In this document: positions 37,923-50,900 of the stretch, in pieces | Numbering within the stretch: the stretch's first letter is position 1 | How the letters are laid out: each line of letters opens with the position of its first letter | Source of the DNA: Somniosus microcephalus | Lineage: Eukaryota | Reading direction: 5' to 3' | Assembly (NCBI GenBank): GCA_052327205.1 | Contig: CM126223.1 | Location: 18,910,001-18,974,000 of the forward strand | Length of the DNA: 64,000 bases | Program-made: the position numbers and the translations under genes | The notes under the pieces: model-generated | What the model was told of the DNA's origin: nothing | The model's database searches: none | What the model saw: only the letters and a program-made list of their open reading frames with translations

Positions 37923-38849
37923 TTGCTGTTAAAGGAATTATGTACAACCGCTCTGAGTCCTTTGGTGGCTCCGCCACACTTTATTAATTAAACTACATTT
38001 AAGAATTGTGTTCACACATTGCAGTGTTTAAGCCTATATACTGACGCAAAAACATCTTTCACTCCCCCCGCCCCCACTCCCTTCCTTTGATCTTCCTGGG
38101 ACCGCTCCATGGGGCTGATTACTGACTTCAGCACCTGGGCGGAGCAGAGAGTGGAGAATTAGGCGGGGCGGGGGAGGGGGCATCACACTCTACGTACCGA
38201 GGCCACTCCATTTTCCTCCGCATTAAATCAATGGAAGGAAAATCGGGGTGGGGGGGGGGGGGGGAGGGTCTCGCAAACCAGCTGCTCCCCTCTTGATCGT
38301 CCTCTCTGCGCTCTGCCCAGGCGATGCTCAATGCCCAGGCGGTAAATGATGAGATTGCACCCCATCCCTGGTCTTGCCCACTGTTTGGCTCACCACGAGT
38401 GTCAGAGGGAAGCTTCAGGGTGACCAAGTCGCTCTGCTTGTCTCTCATTTGATGGCTTGACAGCGATCAGGAAGCGAGCGAGTGTGGAGAGTTACTGAAG
38501 AATACCTGTGCCCAGATGATTTTGGAATACTAAAGGATTTGAAGGGATCTAAACATAGGAACTTTTCAAAGTAGATTTTATTTTAATTCATTATTTTCAA
38601 CAACAGACCTCGAGATATAAGAAACACCTGTCACAAATATTCAATCCACCAGTACTACTTCTTTAAAGGGGTGATGTTAATCGAGAGTATTCAGGTAGTG
38701 CGAACACCTGCAATAACTGGGAGCCACTCAGCTCTGATAACCCAACCACTCGACCACCACATTGGGCACAGCGGCAAGCTTGTGCCAGAGCAGAAATTAA
38801 ATGGTCTGACTCCAAAGTTATCGTATTTATTTTCTTGGTAACAATACCC

Positions 38850-39152
38850 GCGGGAGGCTCGGAGGTCAGACCGGGTGGAAGGAGAGCCAGGGAGAAGCAG
38901 GCCCCGGGACGTCGGTACCATGGCGGCTGAAGATTGTCGGGCAGGAGTGCGGGAAAGGCGGAGCGAGGCGAGAGCAGACCCTATTGTGATGGCGCCGATG
39001 AAGTTGGCTGCCGTCCTTGCGGGCTCCGTGCGTACCAGGCAGCTAAGTGTCCTTTGCTGCTTGGTGCGCTCGGCTCGTTAAGAAAAAAGCATTTCACTGA
39101 CTGGAATTCACTTGTTGTATTTGGTTATGTGACAAATTAAAATAAAAATTGA
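38850..39152 (+). mobile_element. Second, shorter copy of the same Rex1/Babar-like 3' end
   Basis: Near-identical to 10574-10870. Confidence 0.6.
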
Positions 39153-39240
39153 AAAACATGAAAGGAAAAGAAACACTTACACCAATGTGTACTTTGTCTG
39201 ACACTCTTAATTCACCCCCTCAGACTGTTCCCAGTCCTAA

Positions 39241-40554
39241 TGACAGACCTGTACCCACCAGTACTGTACCCCAGTGTTATACAGTGACAGGCCTGTACCC
39301 ACCAGTACTGTACCCCAGTGTTATACAGTGACAGACCTGTACCCACCAGTACTGTACCCCAGTGTTATACAGTGACAGGCCTGTACCCACCAGTACTGTA
39401 CCCCAGTGTTATACAGTGACAGACCTGTACCCACCAGTACTGTACCCCAGTGTTATACAGTGACAGACTTGTACCCACCAGTACAGTACCCCAGTGTTAT
39501 ACAGTGACAGGCCTGTACCCACCAGTACTGTACCCCAGCGTTATACAGTGACAGACCTATACCCACCAGTACTGTACCCCAGTGTTACACAGTGACAGGC
39601 CTGTACCCACCAGTACTGTACCCCAGTGTTATACAGTGACAGACCTGTACCCACCAGTACTGTAACTGTGTAATACAGTGACAGACCTGTACCCACCAGT
39701 ACTGTACCCCAGTGTTATACAGTGACAGACCTATACCCACCAGTACTGTACCCCAGTGTTATACAGTGACAGACCTGTACCCACCAGTACTGTACCCCAG
39801 TGTTATACAGTGACAGGCCTGTACCCACCAGTACTGTACCCCAGTGTTATACAGTGACAGGCCTGTACCCACCAGTACTGTACCCCAGTGTTATACAGTG
39901 ACAGACATGTACCCACCAGTACTGTACCCCAGTGTTACAGTGCCAGACCTGTACCCACCAGTACTGTACCCAGTGTTACAGTGACAGACCTGTACCCACT
40001 AGTACTGTACCCCATTATAATACAGTGACAGACCTGTACCCACCGGTACTGTACCCCAGTGTTATACAGTGACAGACTTGTACCCACCAGGACTGTACCC
40101 CAGTGTTATACAGTGACAGACCTGTATCCACCAGGACTGTACCCCAGTGTTATACAGTGGCAGACCTGTACCGACCAGGACTGTACCCCAGTGTTACACA
40201 GTGACAGACCTGTACCCACCAGGACTGTACCCCAGTGTTATACAGTGACAGACCTGTACCCACCAGTACTGTACCCCAGTGTTATACAGTGACAGACCTG
40301 TACCCACCAGTACTGTATCCCAGTGTTATACAATGACAGACCTGTACCCACCAGGACTGTACCCCAGTGCTATACAGTGACAAACCTGTACCCACCATGA
40401 CTGTACCCCAGTGTTATACAGTGACAAACCTGTACCCACCAGGACTGTACCCCAATATTCTACAGTGACAGACCTGAAACCACCAGTACCATACCCCAGT
40501 GTTACACAGTGACAGACCTGTACCCATCAGTACTGTACCCCAGTGTTATACAGT
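39241..40554. repeat. 44-bp minisatellite (GACAGACCTGTACCCACCAGTACTGTACCCCAGTGTTATACAGT)n, continuing at 44346-44653, 44847-44929 and 54040-54243
   Basis: Period 44 (39241 to 39285); about 30 units in the first block. Confidence 0.97.
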
Positions 40555-43500
40555 CATTGGGTGATAGAGTTATACAGCACAGAAAGAGGCCCTTCGGCCC
40601 ATCGTGTCTGCGCTGGCCATCAAGCCCTATCTATTCTAATTCCATTTTCCAGCACTTGGTCCGTAGCCTTGTATGCTTTGGCATTTCAAGTGCTCATCTA
40701 AATGCTTCTTGAATGTTGTGAGAGTTCCTGCCTCTACCGCCCTTTCAGGCAGTGAGTTCCAGATTCCAACCACCCTCTGGGTGAAATTTTATTCCTCAAA
40801 TCCCCTCTAAACCTCCTGCACCTTACCTTGAAACTATGCCCTCTGGTTATTGACCCCTCTACTGAGGGGAAAAGTTCCTTTCTATCTACCCTATCTATGC
40901 CCGTCATAATTTTGTACACCTCAATCAGGTCCCCCCTCAGCCTTCTCTGCTCCAAGGAAAACAACCCCAGCCTGTCCAGTCTCTCTTCATAACTGAAACG
41001 CTCCAGCCCAGGTAACATCCTGGTGAATCTCCTCTGTACCCTCTCCAATGCAATCACATCCTTCCTATAGTGTGGTGACCAGAACTGCACACAGTATTCC
41101 AGCTGTGGCCTAACTAGCGTTTTGTACAGCTCCATCATAACCTCCCTGCTTTTATATTCTATGCCTCGGCTAATGAAGGCAAGTATCCCATATGCCTTTT
41201 TAACCACCTTATCTACCTGTCCTGCTGCCTTCAGGGATCTATGTACATGTACACCAAGGTCCCTCTGATCCTCTGTCCTTCCTAGGGTCCTACCATTCAT
41301 TGTGTATTCCGTTGCCTTGTTAGTCCTCCCAAAATGCATCACCTCACACTTTTCAGGGTTAAATTCCATTTGCCACTGTTCCGCCCATCTGACCAACCTG
41401 TCTATATCGTCCTGAAGCCTGAGGTTTCCCTCCTCGCTATTTACCACTCCACCAATTTTCATGTCATCTGCGAACTTACTGATCGTACCTCCTACATTCA
41501 TATCTAAATCATTAATGTACACTACAAACAGCAAAGGACCCAGTGCCAATCCCTGTGGTACACCACTGGACACAGGCTTCCAGTCACAAAAACAACCTTC
41601 GACCATCACCCTCTGCCTCCTGCCACTAAGCCAATTTTGGATCCAATGTGCCAAATTGTCCTGGATCCCATCGGCTCTTACCTTCTTGACCAGTCTCCCA
41701 TGCGGGACTTTGTCAAAAGCCTTACTGAAGTCCATGTAGACCACATCAACTGCACTACCCTCATCCACACACCTAGTCACCCCCTCGAAAAATTCAATCA
41801 AATTGGTTAGACATGATCTCCCCTGACAAAGCCATGCTGACTATCCTTGATTAATCCTTGCCTCTCCAAGTGGAGACTAATTTTGTCCCTCAGAATTTTT
41901 TCCAATAATTTCCCTACCACTGATGTTAGGCTCACTGGCCTGTAATTCCCTGGTTTATCCCTACTACCCTTCTTGAATAATGGTACTACATTAGCTGTCC
42001 TCCAGTCCTCTGGCACCTCCCCTGTGGCCAGAGAGGTTCTGAAAATTTGTGTCAGAGCCCCTGCAATCTCCTCCCTTGCCTCACACAGCAGCCTGGGATA
42101 CATCTCGTCTGGGACTGGGGATTTATCCACTTTTAAGCCTGCTAAAACCGCTAGTACCTCCTCCCTCTCAATACTAATTTGTTCAAGTATATCACAATCC
42201 CCCTGCCTGATTTCTATGCCTACATCGTCCTGCTCCATAGTGAACACAGATGCAAAATATTCATTTGAAACCTCACCTACATCTTCTGGCTCTACACACA
42301 GATTGCCACTTTGGTCCCTATTGGGCCCTACTCTTTCCCTGGTTATCCTCTTGCCCTTAATATACTTATAAAACACCTTGGGAGTTTCCTTTATTTTGCC
42401 CGCCAGTGTTTTTTCATGCCCCTACTTCGCTCTCCTAATTTCTTTTTTAAGTACCCCCTTGCACTTTCTATACTCCTCTAGGGCTTCCACTGTTTTTAGT
42501 CCTTTGTATCTGCCAAAAGCCTCCCTTTTTTTCCCGAATCCATTCTTGTATATCCCTTGACATCCAGGGTTCCCTGGACTTGTTGGTCCCACACTTGACC
42601 TTTACGGGAACATGTTGGCATTGTACTCTTTCTATTTCCTTTCTGAAAGACTCCCACTGCTCTGATGTGGATTTTCCCGCAAGTAGCTGATCCCAGTCCA
42701 CTTTGGCCAGATCCTGCCTTATCGTATTAAAATCGGCCTTCCCCCAATTTAGAACCTTTATTTCCGGTCCATCTTTGCCCTTTTCCATGACTACCTTAAA
42801 TCTCATTGAATTATGGTCACTGTCACTAAAATGCTCTCCTACTGACACTTCTACCACTTGCCCCGCTACATTCCCTAGAATTAGGTCCAGTACCGCCCCC
42901 TCTCTTGTAGGACTTTCTGCATGCTGGCTCAAAAAGCTCTCCTGGACGCCTTTAAGAATTCCGCACCTTCTAAGCCTTTCACACTCTGCCTATCCCAGTT
43001 AATATTGGGAAAGTTGAAATCCCCTACTATTATTACCCTATTATTTCTACGCTTCTCTGAAATTTGCCTACATATCTGTCCCTCTATCTCCCCCTGACTG
43101 TTTGGGGGCCTATAGTACACTCCCAGCAAAGTGCTTGCCCCCTTTTTGTTTTTAAGTTCAACCCATATGGCCTCATTAGAGGAACCTGCTAAGATATCAT
43201 CCCTCCTTAATGCAGTAATTGACTCCTTGATTAATATTGCGACACCCCCTCCTCTTTTACACCCCCCTCTGTCTCGCCTGAAGATTCTATACTCCGGAAT
43301 ATTGAGCTGCCAGTCCTGCCCCTCCTTCAACCATGTCTCTGTGATAGCAACAATATCAAACTCCCATGTGTTCATCAACACCTTCAATTCATCTGCCTTA
43401 CTCGCAAGACTCCTTGCATTAAAATAAATGCCATCCAGCCTTGCCATACTTCCCTGTGCCATTACATATTTGCACTGCCTTCCAGGCTGACTTGTTTTTT

Positions 43501-44345
43501 CCTCTATATTTGGCTGTGCATCACCCCCTACTATAGCTCCACTCCATATCCCATCCCCCTGCCAAGTTAGTTTAAACCCCCACCAACAGCACTAGCAAAC
43601 CTCCCCGCAAGGGTGTTGGTCCCGTTCCGGTTCAGGTGCAACCTGTCTGACTTGTACAGGTCCCACCTTCCCCAGAAACAGACCCAGTGATCCAGGAAAC
43701 TAAAGCCCTCCTTCCTGCACCAACTCTTTAGCCACACATTCATCTGCTCTATCCTCCTATTTCTATACTCACTAGCACATGGCATCGGGAGTAATCCAGA
43801 GATTACAACCTTTCAGATCCTGTTTTTTAATCTGCTACCTAGCTCCCTAAATTCTTGTTGCAGGACCTCATCCCTCTTTCTACCTATGTCGTTGGTACCA
43901 ATGTGATCCATGACCTCTGACTGTTCGCCCTCCCCCTTCAGAATGCCCTGCAGCCGTTCAGTGACATCTTTGACCCTGGCACCAGGGAGGCAACATACCA
44001 TCCTGGAGTCACGTCTGCGGCCGCAGAAACGCCTGTCTGCACCCCTCACTATTGAGTCTCCTGCCACTATTGCCCTTCCACTCTTACTCCTCCCCCCTTG
44101 TGCAGCTGAGCCACCCACAATGCTGTGAACTTGGCTCTGGCTGCACTCCCTAGAGGAACCAGCACTTTCACCGTTTTCCAACACAGAAAAACGGTTGTCA
44201 AGTGGGATGCACTCTGGGGCTTTCCTGACTGCCTGCCCCCCTTCTTCTGACTGGTGGTCTCGCATTCCATCTCTGACTGCACGTTCTTAAGCTGCGGGGT
44301 GACCACATCTAAAAACGTGCTATCCACGTAACTCTCAGTCTCAGG
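40555..44345 (-). mobile_element. CR1 LINE (partial ORF1 esterase-like domain plus ORF2), degraded
   Basis: ORF1 VCCLPGARVKDV..HIGTNDIGRKR; ORF2 FNARS, ITETWL, YRPP, GVPQG, FADD; several frameshifts. Confidence 0.92.
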
Positions 44346-44653
44346 GACAGAACTGTACCCACCAGTACTGTACCCCAGTGATATACAGTGACAGACCTGT
44401 ACCCACCAGTACTGTATCCCAACATTATACAGTGACAGACCTGTACCCACCAGTACTTTATCCCAGTGTTATGCAGTGACAGACCTCTACCCACTGGTAC
44501 TGCACCCCAATATTATACAGTGACAGACCTGTACCCACCGGTACTGTACCCCAGTGTTATAGTGTGACAGACCTGTACCCACCAGTACTGTACCCCAGTG
44601 TTATACAGTGACAGACCTGTACCCACCAGTACTGTACCCCAGTGTTATACAGT

Positions 44654-44846
44654 CATAGAGTCATAGAGTTATACAGCACAGAAAGAGGCCCTTCAGCCCA
44701 TCGTGTCTGCGCCGGCCATCAAGCCCTGTCTATTCTAATTCCATTTACCAGCCCTTGGTCCGTAGCCTTGTATGCTATGGTGTTTCAAGGGCTCATCTAA
44801 ATGGTTCTTGAATGTTGTGAGGGTTCCTGCCTCTATCACCCTTTCA
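44654..44846 (-). mobile_element. Short CR1 3' end of the same family as 40555-44345
   Basis: catagagtcatagagttatacagcacagaaagaggcccttc... is nearly identical to 40563-40750. Confidence 0.88.
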
Positions 44847-44929
44847 CTAGTACTGTACCCCAGTGTTATACAGTGACAGACCTGTACCCACCAGTACTGT
44901 ACCCCAGTGTTATACAGTGACAGACCTGT

Positions 44930-47900
44930 GTCACTGATGACCATGTGTGCAGGAAGTGTATCCAGCTGCAGCTACTGACAGACTGCATTGCGGCGCTGGA
45001 GCTGCAAATGGATACATACTGGAGCATTTGCGATGCTGAGGACGTCGTGGATAGCACATTTAATGAGTTGGTCACCCCGCAGGTAAAGGCTGCACAGGCA
45101 GGAAGGGAATGGGTGACCGCCAGGCAGAGTAGTAGGCGCAGGCAGGTAGTGCAGGGGTCCCCTGTGGCCATCCCCCTCACAAAAATAGCCACTTTGGATA
45201 TTGTTGGGGCAGATGGCTTATCGGGGGAAGGCAGCAGCAGCCAACTTCCTGGCACCATGAGTGGTTCTGCTGCACAGGATGGGAGGAAAACGAGCGGGAG
45301 AGCTATAGTGATAGGGCATTCTATTGTAAGGGGAATAGATATCCGTATCTGCTGCTGCCATCGAGACTCCAGGATGGTATGTTGCCTCCCTGGTGCAAGG
45401 GTCAAGGATGTCTCAGGGCGGCTGCAGGGCATTCTGGAGGGGGAGGGTGAACAGCCAGTTGTCGTGGTGCATATAGGTACCAACGGTATAGGTAAAAAAC
45501 GGGATGAGGTACTAAAAGCTGAATATAGGGAGTTAGGAGGTCAATTAAAAAATAGGACCTCAAAGGTAGTAATCTCAGGATTGCTACCAGTGCCACATGC
45601 TAGTCAGAGTAGAAATAGAAGGATATTTCAGATGAATATGTAGCTAGAGGAATGGTACAAGGGGGAAGGATTCAAATTCCTGGGACATTGGAACTGGTTC
45701 TGGGGGAGTGGGACCAGTAAAAACTGGACGGTTTGCACCTGGGCGGGACTGGGACTGATGTCCTAGGGGGAGTGTTTGCTAGTGCTGTTGGGGAGGGTTC
45801 AAAATAAAATGGCAGGGGGTTGGGAACCTGTGCAGGGAGACAGAGGAAAGGAAAGCAAGGATAGAAACAAAAGACAGGAAGAAAAAAAGCAAAAGTGGAA
45901 GGCAGAGAAATCAAGGGTGTAAATCAAACAGGGCCACAGTAAATAATAATTCTAAGAGTGTTAAAAAAACAAGCCTGAAGGCTTTGTGTCTTAATGCAAG
46001 GAGCATTCATAATAAAGTGGATGAATTAGCTGCGCAAATAGATGTAAACAGATATAATATAATTGGGATTACGGAGACATGGCTCCAGGGTGGCCAAGGC
46101 TGGGAATTCAACATCCACAGGTATTCAATTTTCAGGAAGGACAGGCGAAAAGGAAAAGGAGGTGGGGTATCATTGCTGGTTAAAGAGGAGATTAACACAA
46201 TAGTAAGGAAGAATATTAGCTCTGATGATGTGGAATCAGTATGGGTAGAGCTGAGAAATACCAAGGGGCAGAAAACGTTAGTGGGAGTTGTATACAGACC
46301 CCCAAACAGTAATGCTGAGGTTGGGGATGGCATTAAATGGGAAATTAGAGACGCGTGCAATAAGGGCACAGCAGCTATCATGGGTGACTTTAATCTACAT
46401 ATAGATTGGGCTAACCAAATTTGTAACAATACTGTGGAGGAGGAATTCCTAGAGTGTGTACGGGATGGTTTCCTGGACGAATATGTTGAGGAACCAACTA
46501 GAGATCAGGCCATCTTAGACTAGGTATTATGTAATGAGAAAGGATTCATTAGCAATCTTGTTGTGCGAGGTCCCTTGGGGAGGAGCGATCATAATATGAT
46601 AGAATTCTTCATTAAGATGGAGAGTGAAGTAGTTGACTCAGAGACTAGGATCCTCAATTCAAATAGAGGAAACTATGATGGTATGAGGCGCGAGTTGGCT
46701 AGGATGGATTGGGGAGTGTTACTTAAAGGGTTGACGGTGGATAGGCAATGGCAAACATTTAAAGGTTGCATGGATGAACTACAGAATTTGTTCATCCCAG
46801 TTTGGCATAAAAATAAAACAAAAAAGGTGACTCAACTGTGGCTAACAAGGGAAAGTAGGGATAGCAAAAAAAAGCAGCAAACCTGAGGATTGGGAGCAGT
46901 TTAGGATTCAGCAAAGGAGGACAAAGGGATTAATTAAGAGGGGGGGAAATAGAATATGAGAGTAAGCTTGCAGGGAATATAAAAACTGACTGTAAAAGCT
47001 TCTATAGATATGTGAAGAGAAAAAGATTGGTGAAGTCAAGCGTAGGTCCCTTGCAGTTAGAATCAGGGGAATTTATAATGGGGAACAAAGAAAGGGCTGA
47101 CCAATTAAATACATACTTTGGTTCTGTCTTCACAAAGGAGGACACAAATAACCTCCCAGAGATGTCGGGGCATATAGGGTCTACTGAGAGGGAGGAATTG
47201 AATGAAATCAGTAGTTGTAGGGAAATGGTGTTAGGGAAATTGACGGGATTGAAGGCCGATAAATCCCCAGGGCCTGATAATCTACATCCTAGGGTACTTA
47301 AGGAAGTGGCCCTAGAAATAGTAGATGCATTGCTGGTCATCTTCAAAAATTTTATAGACTCTGGAACAGTACCCATGGATTGGAGGGTAGCTAATGTAAC
47401 CCCACTATTTAAAAAAGGTGGTAGAGAGAAAATGGGGCATTATAAACCAGTAAGCCTGACATTGGTAGTGGGGAAAATGCTAGAGTCCATTATATAAGAT
47501 GTAATAGCAGAGCACTTGGAAAACAGTGACAGGATCGGACAAAGTCAACATAGATTTACAAAAGGTAAATCATGCTTGAGTAAGCTACTGGAATTTTTTG
47601 AGGATGTAACTGGTAGAATAGAGAAGGGAGAACCAGTGGATGTGGTGTATTTGGACTTTCAGAAGACTTTCAATAAGGTCCCGCATAAGAGATTAGCGTG
47701 CAAAGTTAAAGCGCACCGGATTGGAGGTAAGGTACTGACTTGGATAGGGAACTGGTTGGCAGACAGGAAGCAAAGAGTTGGAATAAATGGGTCTTTATCC
47801 GAGTGGTAGGCAGTGACTAGTGGGGTACTGCAGGGATCAGTCCTAGGACCCCAGCTATTCACAATATATATTAATGATCTAGACGAGGGAACTAGATGTA

Positions 47901-50900
47901 ATGTCTCCAAGTTTGCAGACGACACAAAGCTGGGTGGACGTGTGTGCTGTGAGGAGGATGCCGAGAAACTCCAGTATGATTTGGTCAGGTTGGGTGATCG
48001 GGTAGTGTTGCGTCCGTGTATAATAAGACACAGACTGCGGAGAATGGTACAACAGGTGTTTACTCAACGTGGCTCACACTGCAACTGATCTGTACAGATT
48101 ACTACTCAGGGTTTATATACAGGTGTGGTCACTGCCGGTACTGCAGTATACATGAGCTGTAAAACATAGTTCCCCCCCTTAAAAGGTATAGACATTACAA
48201 TTCCTCCCCTTTTAGGTTAACAGTACCATAACACTCATTTAACAATTAAATATCAAACTAATTACAATTAACACTTTTAACATGCAACATTAGCTGAAAA
48301 TAGTCTATTTATATATTCAGTCTTTGGGGAGGCTTCCTGATCCTTTCTGGATAGTGCCTTTCCCGAGTGTCTTGCTCTTGGTGCGGAGGCGATTCTGGCC
48401 CCCTGTCATCGGTTGGTTCATCAGATTCCGATGCTACTGTTTCTGGGGTAGATGCGACCTGTACGTCAGGTTCATCACCAGGTACGTATGGGCGAGGCAT
48501 GGGGTTGACTTGTTCCTGTGACTGTAGGATCTGGTCAGCATGGCATCTCACGATGCTCTCCCCAACGTCCACTGTGTACATTAGTGGGCCCTGCTGTGTG
48601 CATATCGTCCTGGCTGCCATTTTTCTGTTCGGTAGTCGCGGGCCAAGACTGGTTGCCCTACATTGAAGCTCCTTGTTGGCTTCTCATGGATGTGCTGGAA
48701 TTGCTTACTCTCAACATCTCTTTGTACGTTTGGTCTGAGCAAATCCAGGCGAGATCTTAACCTTCGGTTAAAGAACATCATGGCTGGGGCCTGGTTGGTG
48801 ACTGCATGTGTCGCATTCCGGTTGGCGAACAGGAAATTGTCCACCTTGTGCTACAGCGGAATGTTGTCATCGTACATAGCCTTTATTGCCTTCTTAAAGG
48901 TTTGTACGAACCTCTCAGCCAATCCATTTGTGGCTGGATGATACGGGGCGGATGTGTGATGCCTTACCCCATTCTTTTTCAAGAACCTCCGGAACTCTTC
49001 GGACACAAACTGTGGTCCGTTGTCGGAGCAAATCTGTTCTGGCAAGCCATTCCTGGCAAAAATGGTCCGTAGGACTGCAACAGTTTTCTCCGTGGTGGTG
49101 GAGGACATTTTGATGACCTCAGACCATTTCGAGTGCGCATCCACGGCTATTAAAAACATTGAGTCCATGAATGGACCAGCAAAATCAATATGCACCCATT
49201 GCCATGGAGATGAGGGCAACTCCCATGGGTGTAGAGGGGCATGTGGTGGTGCATTTTGGACTCTCTGGCATCCTGAGCAGCTCTTGGTCAGGTCCTCGAT
49301 TTGTTTATCGATTCCCGGCCACCACACAAGTCCTGGCTAGGCTTTTCATTTTTACCCCTCCCAGATGACCCTCATGAAGCTCATTGAGCACTCTATCCCT
49401 TAACTTGGGTGGAATTACCACTCAGGATCCACACATCAAGGTCCCCCGGCACACTGACAGCTGTTCTCTCCTTGTCGAGAATGCTGGCAACAGTGAGTCG
49501 CCATGTGCTGGCCATCCCTTCACCGTCAAATCATATACCCGAGACAGTGTCGGGTCATTTCGGGTTTCCTTTTCGATACAAGCGTTAGTTACCGGTAGGT
49601 ATTCAACTATAGTCGAATGGAATATTTCGACAGGATCCACTGCTGGTGCTTCCTCCGCAGTAGGCAGTGGCAGGCGTGATAGCCCATCAGCATTTCCATG
49701 CTGTTTTGTGCCCTTATATTCAATCTCATAGTGGTGCACCCCTAGAAAAAGTGACCATCTTTGTAGTCGTTGCGCAGTCATCACCGGAACGCCCTTCTTT
49801 GGATTAAAAATGGAGACAAGAGGCTGGTGATCAGTCAGCAAGGTGAATTTCTGCCTGTGCAGATAGTGATTGAACTTTTTCACTCCCCACACTAGGCTGA
49901 GGTCCTCCCTGTCAATCTGGGCGTAGTTACGCTCAGCTGAGGTTAGTGATCGTGACACAAAGGCTATTGGCCTCTCTGAGCCGTCCGAGAATTTGTGCGA
50001 CAGCACCGCTCCAATGCCGTAGGGTGACGCATCACATGCCAACCGAATTGGTAATGCTGGGTTGTAATGGGCCAATACCTCTTTCGATGTGATTAGTGTT
50101 TTGCTCTTCTGGAAAGCTCATCTACATTCGTCACTCCACTTCCATGGCACTCCAGTTTGCAGTAGGGTGTTCAGTGGGTGTAGTATTGTAGACAAATTTG
50201 GCAAGAACTTATGGTAGTAGTTTACCAACCTGAGGAACGACCTCAGTTGTGACACATTTTCCGGTGCTGGAGCCTTGACTACTGCCTCAATCTTCTCTGG
50301 GGACTTATGTAACCCCTCTTTATCGATAACGTGGCCACAATACGAGATCTGTTTTCTAAAAAACTCGCATTTGGGGCGGTTAGCTTGGAGCCCATATTCC
50401 TGCAATCTAGTGAGCACCTGCTCCAGGTTGGCAAGGTGATCACTGTCATTTTCGCCCGTGACCAGGATGTCGTCAACACTGGGTCCCTGGGATCCCTTGC
50501 AGGACTTGTTCCATTGCCCTCTGCCAAATAGCCGGAGCTGATGCTACCCCGAATACCAGCCGGTTGTATTGGTGTTTATGGGTGTTGATTGCGAGGTATT
50601 TTTTTGATGCTTCTTCTACCTCCATTTGCAGATACGCCTGGGCCAGATCAATCTTAGTGAAGCGTTTCCCTCCAGATAGCGAGGCAAAAATATCTTCAAT
50701 CCGCGGAAGTGGATATTGTACGGTGTGAAGGACCGGGTTCACTGTTACCTTAAAGTCCCCACAGATGCGAACCTTCCTTGGTTCCCCAGGCGTGCTGCTC
50801 AATGACTTTTTCATCACAGGGATGATGGGTGTAGCCCACTCGCTCCAGTTTACCTTGGACAGTACACCCGAACGTTCCAGACTCTCCAGCTCTGCTTCGA

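Noticed and set aside
39241-40554. Regular repeat array as a CRISPR array
   Set aside because: Head-to-tail 44-bp units with no unique spacers, no cas genes and a eukaryotic context; it is a minisatellite.
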